This document shows, piece after piece, positions 1 through 10,554 of a DNA stretch of 64,000 nucleotides. Origin of the DNA: Atractiella rhizophila. Lineage: Eukaryota. Under the pieces are notes generated by a model, which saw only the letters and a program-made list of their open reading frames with translations, was not told the origin of the DNA and did not search any database. Numbering within the stretch: the first letter of the stretch is position 1; each line of letters opens with the position of its first letter. The DNA is taken from contig MU271356.1 of NCBI GenBank assembly GCA_021432655.1, positions 1-64,000 of the forward strand, given 5' to 3'. The position numbers and the translations under genes were made by a program.

Positions 1-365
1 ATCATCCCATTCCTCCCTCAACCACTTCCTCCTCCTCTCCTCCTTCCTCTCCTCCACCCTCCTATCCACCTCTCCCTCCTCCCCATCCAACATGAGCGAG
101 GCTGGCGCCGGACATCCTACACATCATACCCACAAGTTAACCATCATATCGTATAATTCGCGGTGCACAGGTACATATACACCACTCAGGGAATGGACAG
201 AGACTTACCCAGTGGCCGTTTACCGTTTTCTGCGCGATGGACGGAAATGGAAACGGTGAGGATGGAGAAGAAGAAGACGGCCCAGAAGGTGCCGTTCGTG
301 AGGGAGTGATGGTGCCGATGGATCAGACGGCGTGCTTGGATTGCTGTTGGGAGAGGAGAAGGCAT
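1..365 (-). CDS. Small single-TM protein, Coa2-like cytochrome c oxidase assembly factor (runs off the left edge)
   Basis: Not in the ORF track. Exon 365-209, GTAAGT..TAG intron 208-117 and exon 116-1 join in frame: MPSPLPTAIQARRLIHRHHHSLTNGTFWAVFFFSILTVSISVHRAENGKRPLGCPAPASLMLDGEEGEVDRRVEERKEERRRKWLREEWDD. A basic N-terminus, hydrophobic segment, xxCPA motif and charged tail resemble yeast Coa2 (LPCPA) as I recall it. Confidence 0.55.
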
Positions 366-1294
366 TGCATCGTTGTTTGGGAGGACTACAACATTAGGAA
401 CTCAGGACAGACTACCGGGTAGTGTTGTTCTCAGGAATTTGGTTGCATCAGTTCCTCCTCTGCTTCTCACCTTCATTTCATCAACATGCACATCTATTAA
501 TAATAGCTCTGATGTCTCCCTATCGTCAGTGTCCGTGTTAGCACCAGCGCGCAGTGGAGGTAACCTTCCCCGTCCAACAACCTCCAACAACCTCCCGGCG
601 CAACGGGTCTTTACGGCTGTTCCTGTAAGCCAGCTCCTTGGGGATAATGTGTTAGCTTGTTAACTCGCCTCTTTGCAGTCGCTACAAGAGCAGTGTCAAA
701 AAAAGGAGTTGTGGGCTTTCCTTGAATTCCCATCCCTCTACTCTGGTACTAAACCCGTATCGTCGTGTCGTCATAGTCGTCATAGATCATTACTCGACAG
801 TCCTCTTACCACCTCTTGCCCTCCTCCTCTTCTTTCCCACCTCCACTTTTGCGGCGCGTGTTGAGGAAATCTAGACGTCGATAGGTTATTATTCCATCGA
901 GCAGTTTGGATATGAGTCGCGTGATGCAAGGGAATTCGAGGTAGGTAGAGTACATAACAGAGTCTGTAAGAATGTGCTCCTTTTCTTGCTCCTTGACCTT
1001 GATACCTGTCTCCACCGTATTTGGATTTGAGGTGACGAGCTCCGCGCACAGCATCTCACGAGATCAGTGCCATGCGATTCGAAGCTGGAGAGATGATGGA
1101 TTGAACTGTCGAGCACTTCATGGATACGAAAGTCGTCGGGAACGTAGATATCTCGATAAGCCGAAACAGTCATGTCGAATTTTGTAACGAATCAGCCAAC
1201 GAATGTGCAAATACTGAAAACGAGCCATCGTCCTGATACGAATTCAAACGCACTGACGGTGCGCAAAACACGGTATCGCGATTAAGGGGGTTCT

Positions 1295-3436
1295 TCAATG
1301 CCTGCCAAATGCCAAGCGCCGAAGTCTGAGTAGCAATTTCATCCCGAACCTCAAGGCGTCTTTAACATCCATTCCTTTTGCCAGCAGGCCCTGCTCAAGC
1401 TCCACAGTCTCCTCCACAAGTTGTTCCACAGGCTCCCCCTTCTTAGACTCCCCCACAGGCTTCTCAGGCGTCTCCTCGGGTTCCTCCACAGGCTTCTCCT
1501 CAGGTTCCTCCCAAAGTTTCTCCTCAGGTTCCCCCACAGGCTTCTCCTCAGGCTTCCCCTGCTCTTCCACAAGCTTGTCCTCTTCCTCCTTAGACCACTG
1601 CTCCTCAACTTCAAGCTCCCCAGGCTCCGCGACCCATGAATATTTGTCATTCGCACTCACACCAAATGCTCTCATCATCCTCCTAGAAGTCTCAATCTCC
1701 TCTTGGCGCCATTCTCCATAGAATAAAAGAAGTCTTAAACTACGTCTTCCCTCCGTTTTAGGTCCACCATCCCCAATCGCACGATCCCCAAAGAACCATG
1801 GGATGAATTCTTGGAAACTGAACGAGTCCACCACACAGTACCGAACATCGATGAGCCGTATCATCTTTGCATTTCTGAGACTGCGGAAGAGCTGACGTGA
1901 AACTAGGTTTGAAGTCTCTTCGCCACCGTCGAGGATGAGGAAGGTGAGATGCTCGAGGTGTGATAAGTCAAGCGGAGTCAGTAGGGAGGAGATCTTTCCG
2001 TCAGGCGAGTAGGGGGCAAGGGCGATGACAAGATGTTCCAGAAGAGGCGGCAGACAGGATCCTGAGACGGAGGGAGGGAGGGGACACATATCGGAGAGAC
2101 GCAACGACGTCAGGGTTTGTGGGAAGGAGAGCGATGGAAGAGGTGGGTATTCGTAGAGGTCTAGGTGTTCGAGGCGAGAAGATAAGTGGAGGCCAGCTGA
2201 GGCTGAAGCGGTAGAGTCCTTCACGTCGGAAGCTTTGAGCCGTCTGATCCTGTCACCCATCCTCCGCATAAAGTCCTCGATCTCATCCTTCCTCCACTTT
2301 CTTGAACCCTGACTTCTAAAAGTCATGTCATCCAACCTCTTCAACCCTTCAATCGCATGCAACACAATCTTAGCTTCCTCTTCATTCCATCCATCAATCC
2401 GGACTGTGCTAATGTTCGGCGAGCTCCCGATAACATCTCTCACTATGTCAATACTATCATCACTATCAAGGTGCAGGTCGGTCCACATTCGTCCAGCGCT
2501 TGAATTCAGTTTTGAGCGAGCATACATCTCACGTATCGAAGCAGGCGCATCCCAATAAGGAACAGAAACTGGTCCCCAGAGCCGACACACCTCAAGGAGC
2601 CTGGGAAGTGTTTCGTGTCCGAGTTTAACCTCGTCCTCCTGCCCCGATGTGAGGAAGCTGAAGACAAACGAGAGGAGCTCAGGCGGTAGGAGCGAGATAG
2701 AGCATGAAATAACCACTGGGAGGGTTGAGAGTTGGATGGTGGTGGCCACACGGTGACTGAAAGATCCCTGCGAAGACTCCTCAGCAGTGATAGCAGTAAA
2801 ACGTTCTTCGACTTCGGAGAATGCGGCAATGGGGGCGAAGATGGCCTTAGAGCGATCTTCTGGGAGAGGAAACGTGCCGATGAACCCTGGGATATTTGCT
2901 GGTGAAAATGCCGAATCTAGAAATGAGTAGGTAGACGAATCATCAAATGACTCTCCGACCTGCCCAAAGGTTATTGCAACGTTTTCGCGGCCGAAGGTGA
3001 AGAGGAGGTTCGCTACACCATCGTTTTCGACTGCTTCATCGAGAGTTTGACGCGAGAAGTAAGACAATTTCGATGACACTGAAGCAGCGTCTGTATCCGT
3101 GAATCCGATAGGTAGGACAAAAGAGATCCGAAGTGCGTTAATGGACTGAGGTAGGCTAGATAGGAACGAAGGAAGAATAGAGAGCTGAAGCACAGGACTG
3201 CGTCTCGCTGGGGTGATAAGGTGCACAAGCACCGTCGAGGATAAGACCCAAGAGTCCTGCATCTGAAGCAAAGGAATATTTACGTCTCGGTCAAGTACCA
3301 GACCGGCTTCATTCCACTCTGTATCGACGTCGTCTAGAATTGTGTTCCAGCTCTGATTCATCAAGGTTTTATCGATGTATGCTCCAACCTTTCCGTCTTC
3401 AATTTTTATCGTACGAACCAAGAGATCTTTCGCCAC
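1295..3436 (-). CDS. Intronless F-box-like/LRR-like protein with uncharacterised N-terminal domain and acidic repeat tail
   Basis: 713-aa ORF. F-box-like ISLLPPELLSFVFSFL...LLEVCRLW, then LxxLxL repeats. Clear paralog of 30864-32672. The ORF opens on GTG and the first ATG is at 3361, so the start is uncertain. Confidence 0.75.
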   Translation of the reverse strand: MAKDLLVRTIKIEDGKVGAYIDKTLMNQSWNTILDDVDTEWNEAGLVLDRDVNIPLLQMQDSWVLSSTVLVHLITPARRSPVLQLSILPSFLSSLPQSINALRISFVLPIGFTDTDAASVSSKLSYFSRQTLDEAVENDGVANLLFTFGRENVAITFGQVGESFDDSSTYSFLDSAFSPANIPGFIGTFPLPEDRSKAIFAPIAAFSEVEERFTAITAEESSQGSFSHRVATTIQLSTLPVVISCSISLLPPELLSFVFSFLTSGQEDEVKLGHETLPRLLEVCRLWGPVSVPYWDAPASIREMYARSKLNSSAGRMWTDLHLDSDDSIDIVRDVIGSSPNISTVRIDGWNEEEAKIVLHAIEGLKRLDDMTFRSQGSRKWRKDEIEDFMRRMGDRIRRLKASDVKDSTASASAGLHLSSRLEHLDLYEYPPLPSLSFPQTLTSLRLSDMCPLPPSVSGSCLPPLLEHLVIALAPYSPDGKISSLLTPLDLSHLEHLTFLILDGGEETSNLVSRQLFRSLRNAKMIRLIDVRYCVVDSFSFQEFIPWFFGDRAIGDGGPKTEGRRSLRLLLFYGEWRQEEIETSRRMMRAFGVSANDKYSWVAEPGELEVEEQWSKEEEDKLVEEQGKPEEKPVGEPEEKLWEEPEEKPVEEPEETPEKPVGESKKGEPVEQLVEETVELEQGLLAKGMDVKDALRFGMKLLLRLRRLAFGRH
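1427..1600 (-). repeat. Coding minisatellite, ~24-bp period (EEKPVGEP/EEKLWEEP/EEKPVEEP)
   Basis: Repeated cacaggcttctcctcaggttc-like units on the + strand. The paralogs lack this tail. Confidence 0.8.
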
Positions 3437-3568
3437 CGGCGTCCTTGTAAGCGGTACTGCAGACGCTAACCGGACTTCGAGCTGAAAAGAGACGGCGACA
3501 TCGGATGTGTGGTCCCTGCGCTCTCGATATATAATCAGTTCGCGTATGACAACTGGTGAGATGAAGAC

Positions 3569-4700
3569 TCACAGCTTGATAGCGAAGGGGATAGTACAAG
3601 GCACATCACTGCCATCCCCCACGAGACCAATTCCGAAAGATCCATTAATGCCGGAGCGGCTTCGATTGCATTTTATGTTCACGACACCTCCATCTGCTCC
3701 TCTTCCGAAGCGTGGAGCAGATTCTCTTACACTAAATATGAACTCGTTACGGAAATATAGTCGGGGAGAAAAAACTCGCGTAATGGGTGTGTAGTCATGA
3801 GTCAAAATCGGTTGAAGGAAGTAGGATAGTTGAATACTGGTGATAATGATGTCGAAGCCATTCTGAACAAGAAGCCTACAACACAGTGAGCCTAGTGATT
3901 CCAAGGGAGAGAAATTCTTCTCACCGGAACAGTAGATCTCTTAAGTTTCGTAAGAAGTCAATCCCCTTTAGGTGCAATTCACTGAGGGTAAATACTTGGA
4001 CTGAGGGTAAATACTTGGGACTAACGATGGTCCAACGGCTGCCCTGGAAATATATGAACACTTGTGGTCAGGATGAGAGGGGGACGCACATATAAACATT
4101 CTCAACGAGCAGCAAGACTCTTGATGTAAGATACTCCTTATCGAAGATGACTCGTGGATGAGTGGCTAGCTCATGCTCATCTACAAGCAGGCTATCAGCA
4201 CTGTCTGCTTCTTCACCATTCAGTCCGAAAACCATTGAAGGCTGTCGCGAGTGTATGTCTGAAAGAATATCCATAATCTCGCCCTCTGCCTGAGGTAAGC
4301 AATCTCAGTCGGACCCTGTAGAATGGTGGGGGCTTGGAAGGTTTACCCTCTTGGTCGCCTCCACCAACTCGCATATGATGTCTCCGCTTGTCATCACTCG
4401 TAGCCGCGTGGGATCTATGTTGGAGGCTGCAGTTTTGTGGGCAATGGAGTAGAACGCTGGGCCATATTGATACTTAACAAGTTCAAGCGTAAGGAGACAA
4501 GGGAGTCCATTGTCCGGACGGAGCTTGGTTCGTTATCCGATCCGAAGCTTATCTGAGGGCTCTAGTCTCCATTCGACAGGATCCAGGAGCTAAGAGGCAA
4601 ACAGTGATGTTGACCTTGTTCTTGGACAGGATTACTGGCAGGATGATTACCGGGCAGTGTTTAGTGAAAAGCTGTATGATATTAGGCCATGGGATCACGC
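3569..4700 (-). pseudogene. Relic of a spliced gene of unknown function
   Basis: Protein-like segments (...ICELVEATKR | AEGEIMDILSDIHSRQ...ENVY) separated by GTAAAC..CAG and GTGCGT..CAG introns. The frame is broken at the 3981-4018 duplication. Boundaries are approximate. Confidence 0.3.
3981..4018. repeat. Perfect 19-bp tandem duplication actgagggtaaatacttgg x2
   Basis: Seen directly in the sequence. Confidence 0.9.
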
Positions 4701-5234
4701 AAATTAAAAGCCCAGAAACCAAAATTCTGGTCCTAGTCCAACGCACGTGAGTAAGTCACTGAGTCGCGCCGTGATCACCAACACTCATCAACCAACCGCT
4801 CTCCCAAGCTCTCCCAGAGCTCTCCTTTCAACTCTCTTTGACCGCATCCTCTCTTTGCCCAACCCTCCCTCCACTGCAGAGCTCAAGCTGTCTCCTACCC
4901 CAAATCCCCTAGAGGTGGGGGTGAGCCTTTCGTCTTGCTTACCACCTTGTTTGGGGTCCTTTCAAAGCTCACAAGCTCTCGTTGGCTCGCAGAACCCTCG
5001 CAAGCCAAACCTCAACGCGTGAGCCTAGAAACCAAACACAACCACGGAGCAGTTTGAACACCTGAGTGCTCAGAGCGTTGGCAAATAGAAAAATGCGTTC
5101 GAATTTCATATAGACCTCGACTTACAACTTCGAACGCACTCCCAGTCAGAGCGATACCAGAACTGGATCAGCGTGCTTGGAGATACATGAAGGGGTAAGG
5201 GGTGATGAGTTTAAGAGGGCGACAGGGTGCGAGA

Positions 5235-5347
5235 CTGCGAGGTGCGAGACCAACGAATAAGAATGTGATTCTAGCTATGTAAAGACGAAATACATTACCT
5301 GCGAGGTGCGAGACCAGCCAATAAGAATGTGGTCTCGCACTCGCAGG
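5235..5347. repeat. Direct repeat plus hairpin
   Basis: ctgcgaggtgcgagacca...aataagaatgtg occurs twice. The second copy (5298-5316) pairs with tggtctcgcactcgcagg (5330-5347), giving an ~18-bp stem with one bulge. Confidence 0.7.
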
Positions 5348-5805
5348 GCAACTCGCTTTTATCAGAGAAAGATGTTGAATAATGAGAAGGCGTAATTGGA
5401 AGTGAAGAGAAAACTTGAACACACACCACAGTATACTAAGAGAAGTGAATGCTCCCAGAAAGTAGGAGGCGTAAGTGTTCCGGTCACCCTATCAAGGGGT
5501 ACTGGGGCGGAGCGCACGATATCGACGGCTGCTTTCATGTAAGCTGCTCCATGGGAATCATTTACATGACTCAGTGGCAAATCACAAGACAGAAGCAGGG
5601 GCCTCATATTACCAAGAATTGAGAATTGAACAGAATATCCATTCAGTGAACTGTAACCAGCTAACAAGCCATAGTTGTCGTCTTGGCCATGTGCATTACT
5701 ACATTGATAGAATCCCTTTTGCGGGTTGCGCCAGCGACATTCGTGTGTCTTCTTTGGGGTGCAAGTCTACCGTTCCAATGTCTCTTCGCTCAGAGTCGCG
5801 TTCCA

Positions 5806-7455
5806 CTAGCCGACTGATGCTGAACACTCTCGCATCGTTGTCCTGGTAGCCCTCATCTCCTCCTCGTGCCACTCGCCAAAGAATAGAAGGATAATTAAAT
5901 CCCGTTCTTTCGCTGGTGTAAATCCATCTTCGTCCTCCTCATCGGGTTTCCCTACCTGCCGATTGCCAAAGAACCAAGGGATAAAATCTTGGCAGTCGAA
6001 TCCATCCACCACGCAGTACGAAATTTCTATGCATTGGATAGCTGTCGCATTTTTGAGAGTTGCGAAGAACTGGTAGGGAACGAGGTTTGAAGTGTCGTCG
6101 CCCCATCTAGCAAGAGAGAGTGGTGAGCTGTGTGAGGTGTGATAAATTGAGCGGAGCTGGTAGGATGGATACATTCCTATCAGCAGAAAATGGAGAGAGC
6201 TTGAGCGAGAGATGCTCCAGAAGTGGCGACAGAGGGGTGTTCGATATGGAAGCAGGCAGGGGACATATACGGAAGATACTCAGGCGTAGGAGAGAGGGAG
6301 GGAGGGAGAGAGTTGGGAGAGGCGGGTACGTTTGAAGTAGGAGAGATGTCAAGCCAGGAGATAATTGAAGGCCACCTGAAACGGATGGAGCACTTGAGGG
6401 AGACAAAGATTCCTCCACATTGAAAGCGCTCAATCGTCTGATACTCACATTCGTCCTACGCACAAAGTTTTCCACCTCTTCCTTCCTCCACCTTCTCCAG
6501 CCAGTGCTAAAGGCTATAGTCTCCACTTTCTTCAAATTTCCTATTGCATTCAACACCATCTTTGCCTGCTCTTCATTCCAACATGCAGATACCAGCACGT
6601 CCGTAACATTTGGCGAGCCCATGACTACCTCTTCCACCACACCACGGCTGAGGACTGTTCCTTTCTCAAGCCGCAAGTGCCTCCACAGACGTCCTGCACC
6701 AGGATATACTTTCAACCGAGCATGTTTCTTTTCCACAGAAGAAGGTTACTCCAAATAAAGAACTGAAATCGACCTCCAGAGCTGGGAGACGCGAGGCAAT
6801 ATTGGAGATCTGATGACTTCGAGGCGAAAATCTTGTTCGCCGAGCTTTACAAATCGTAGACGTGACAGAGGACCTCGACCGGCAAACGTGCGATAGAGCA
6901 AATCCCCGGAAAGTGAGACAGAGAGAGTTGTATGATCGTTGCATCCCTCTGACGGAGAGTCGGGAGGGATGACGAATCCGTGATTTGGACAAAACATAGT
7001 GTACCCGCGGAGAATCGGGCCACACGTCCGAACATGGCTTTGGAACGATGTTCTGGACCCAAAGGAAACGTGCAAGCAAAATGCTCTGTGCGAGTGAAGG
7101 GCTCTGTATTAGTGGAGTTCGCCGGTTAGTCTGACGACAATTCTCCCGAAGCGACAGGCCGTTCGACGTCCTTAAAAGCTACCGTGACGGTTTTTGGGCT
7201 GAAAACGATGTGAATATTCGCTACCTTGTCGTTTTCGACCGCATTGTCGAGGCGTCCGAGCGAGAAATAGGACAATTTAGACTGAATGTATGCGGGAGTG
7301 GAAACAGTCCATCCAAGAGCTGGTACGAAAAAAGATATCCGGAGAGTGTCAATCTTTGAGGGTAGGCGACACAGAAATGAGGGAAGAATGGAGAGCTGGA
7401 GCGACGATGTCGATCCAGCTGGGGTGATAAGATTGGCCAGTGCGAGTGCGTGCAT
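5806..7455 (-). pseudogene. Decayed paralog of the 1295-3436 / 30864-32672 F-box-LRR family
   Basis: Homologous pieces lie in successive ORFs: 7126-7455 (NLITPA..LQLSILPSF..VENDKVAN), 6847-7062 (IARLPVEVL), 6746-6810 (VSQLWRSISV), 6107-6736 (WNEEQAKMVL) and 5806-6174 (DTSNLV..LFFGEW). They are separated by stops and frameshifts. Confidence 0.85.
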
Positions 7456-8210
7456 CTCCTGGAGGTCCTCGCATGAGCTGGTAGGCGTATGCGGCTTGAT
7501 CTATAACCCACACCAATATTACTAGTCGTATCAAATTAAGAAAAAAGCTCATCATGCGTGGACATTGTCACACTCAGAGAACGAAGTTCGACCCTTTCTC
7601 AGGATGGTGAACAGAATCAAAACTGAGAGGATGGAGAAAAAGATTGCTGGCTTAATCATTTCGTGAGAGAACGATAAACAATGGAGTCGATCCATAATGG
7701 ATATGGGTCACAGCAGGCGGGCGATCTTTGGATATCATGTATATGATTGGATGGCGGCTCACAAGCTGATGGAAAACCTGCAGACGTTAAAGCACGCAGT
7801 CCAAGCTCCAGATTTCGTCAGGAGAGAACTGCGGGCTGTAATGTTGCGCTGGAATCATGATGTTAGCAAGCTAGCACACATCATTCCAATGCCTTTCACA
7901 TACCACCAGGCATCATGCCGTTTTGCATGTCTATGTGCTTTAAAACTGCGCTGTCACGGTGTTGCCGTATCTCCCATATCCAGTTCACGAGAGGGATGCC
8001 TGTTTAGAGTAACATACAATGCTCATTCTTGAAGCCAAACAGGCACAGAGCGACGTGTGTAAGAAAATGAGAATAACAAACAACGCAGCTCTGAATGCGA
8101 CAAAGTGGTACTGCACAATGATCAATAGTCAATCAAACCGAAACCCAATAACCAGCCTGTGGGTCCAGGAGCTCTGATGCTCTTTTGACGTTAGAAATGA
8201 GGAAGTGGAA

Positions 8211-9340
8211 TCATTTTCTCCCCCTCTCCTCCTCCCCAACCCCTCCCTCCTCTCTCACTCCATCCATCCCAGACCTTCCCACACTTGTAACGCTACCGCT
8301 CCTTCCCAAACTCGTGATACTCCCGCTCCTTCCTCCAGTCGAGATGCTCGCCCTCCTCTTTACTCCGAACTCCTCGCCCTTCTGCGGTTGCTCGTCCAAT
8401 GTCTTCCATTGGAATCGAGAGATGGAACCTATTACTCTCCTGGTAAGACACATAGAGCAGAGAGGGAGTAGAGGTAGGACGGACCTGAGCGCGCACCCAT
8501 GGCCCGTGAAGGCGACTGAGAAGCGTTTCTCTGCGATTGAGACTGCTGTCCATCCTCGAGAGCAGCGGGTTCGCTGGTTGGTATGATACCGGAATAAGAA
8601 GAGATCAAGGAGTTTCCCCTCGAGACGGATCGATTAGAGGTGCTGCCGGATGCGTTCCTGATCGGGTGCTATCTCATTTCAGGATCCCATCAGCTTCGTA
8701 TCCCAGCAAGCGAGATGGAGGGGAGGGAGGGAGTGAGATTTACCCTGCCTCTCTCTTTCTCGTCCGCTTCAGATATCGACACGTTCCGGCCCCGGATCTT
8801 CTTCTTGAGCTCATCGGAATCGAAGGTCTGTAATTCGTAAGGAGGCGGTTTGAGGGGATCGAAGGGAATTGGGCCTGGCTGGGATGGGACAAAGGACTGT
8901 TGCGTGTAGTCTGGAGCCTAGGTATCGAGGAATGAACGTGAGAAACAGGGAGGAGCAAAGCGAATGATCGATCGAATGGGATTGAACGAGAGACGCACCT
9001 TGAAACTATCAAATGGTAACTGTGCAACAGGTCCTATGGATTGAGAGGCATAGTCAGGATGATGGAATGCATCGAAAGGTGGTTTCGCTTCAGACTTTGA
9101 GAATAACGTCCATCAGTATCAGCATCAAAGCGCTTGATGGATGGACAGAAGGAGAGTGGGCGTACCTGATCTGCCATCATAAGATTCTCTTTTCAATCTT
9201 TTCCTCGGACCACGAAACGTTGCTCGGTTTACAGTCGATGGAGGAGAACGAGAAGAAGAGCTGGGAAACCCTTTTATAACACGGTTGTGGGGAAGGTCAT
9301 CTGACTGCATCAAATGGTGCAAGTGGGCAAACAAAGGGAG
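8211..9340 (-). pseudogene. Possible decayed membrane-protein gene (weak resemblance to Git3-type GPCR C-terminal half)
   Basis: Fragments EEKIEKRIL, SIILTMPL/LSIHR and LFLTFIPRYLG plus a Ser/Arg-rich tail (8211-8453) lie in different frames with stops. The family assignment is speculative. Confidence 0.2.
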
Positions 9341-9364
9341 CAATATCTCAGAGAACCAGCGTTT

Positions 9365-10023
9365 CTTGTCGCAAATGAGGAATCGTTATTCGATGTAGAT
9401 ATAGTCTGAATTGAATAGACGAAATCTCAGGGTGTTTTTGGATATCAAAGCCAACGAAGAAACGCAAAATTAATGCAAAGCTCCATTTCAGCTGGGGACA
9501 GCTGTTTACTCCGCACATCACCAAATGGCTTGGTAGTCGACGACAGCTGACCCCACTAACAGGTCTCATGCTCGGGGCAACATAAATTCATATAGCACGG
9601 CAGATGGCAGAATCGTCTGCGGCCTGAGCAGACCCAAGAGTCCTTCAAACCATGACTCTTGTCGGCGTTAACTCACTCAATTGATTAGTCGGTTTTACTT
9701 CGGGCTTAAATTCGATACCCTCTTGATTTCTAAAGCCCTCGACTGCCTCCAACGCAAGCTGCAGCAGTCTGCAGTACAAAACGATATTGCCTGCTGTCCT
9801 CCAACCCCGTGTAACAACCTCGCGGACATTTCGATTGACTGGTATTGAGGAGCGCAATGGCCGAAGTTGAACCAGTATGGGAGGGCGAGGAGGTCAAGAC
9901 ACCAGGTTAGTCTCGTCCCATAGAGTTCATCGACGTGTCTGACTTCCAATATGCCTTGCAGTTAGTACGTGTTCTCCGTATCGTACCTGCACGTCCTGTT
10001 GACACATTGGACAGCGCCGAGCC
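9365..10023 (+). repeat. TF promoter + first exons block, copy 0
   Basis: Near-identical to 14031-14690 over its whole length, and to 10119-10721 from aaagccaacgaag onward. Confidence 0.9.
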
Positions 10024-10103
10024 AAGTAAACTACGGGAGCGGACGGAACAACAATACGAAATGCGGAAAGAGGCGTAAAGTGAAAGCAGATCAGCGAGAG
10101 TAA
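9857..10103 (+). pseudogene. 5' stub of a Zn2Cys6 TF paralog (46 aa, no zinc cluster)
   Basis: Exons 9857-9905, 9962-9964 and 10015-10103 give MAEVEPVWEGEEVKTPVTPSQVNYGSGRNNNTKCGKRRKVKADQRE*. Confidence 0.6.
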
Positions 10104-10554
10104 CAACGACAGTTCAACAAAAGCCAACGAAGAAACACAAAATTAATGCAAAGCTCCTTCCATTTCAGCTGGGGAAAGCTGTTTAGTCCGCATATCACCA
10201 AATGGCTTGGTAGTCGACAACAGCTGACCCCACCAACACCTAGGTAAGTGCCCACCAACAGGTCTCATGCTCTGGGCAACATACATTCATATAGCACGGC
10301 AGATTGTCGAATCGTCTGCGGCCTGAGCAGAACCAGAGTCCTTCAAACCATGACTCTTGTCGGCGTTAACACATTCAATTGATTAGTCGGTTTTACTTCG
10401 GGCTTAAATACCTTACCATCTTGATTTCCAAAGCCCTCGACTGCATCCCACGCAAGCTGCAGCAGTCTGCAGTACAAACGATATTGCCTGCTATTCTCCA
10501 ACCCCGTGACACGACTTCACTGACATTTTGACTGATTGGTATTGAGGGAGCGCG

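Noticed and set aside
373..1190. Short ORFs as a gene
   Set aside because: No coherent spliced model or recognisable motif.
1351..1656. Arg/Leu-rich repetitive ORFs overlapping the minisatellite
   Set aside because: These are alternative-frame and antisense shadows of the acidic repeat.
6810..7075. Cys/His-rich ORF as a foreign zinc-binding insertion
   Set aside because: The overlapping frame 6847-7062 aligns with the F-box paralogs, so this is a shifted frame of the pseudogene.
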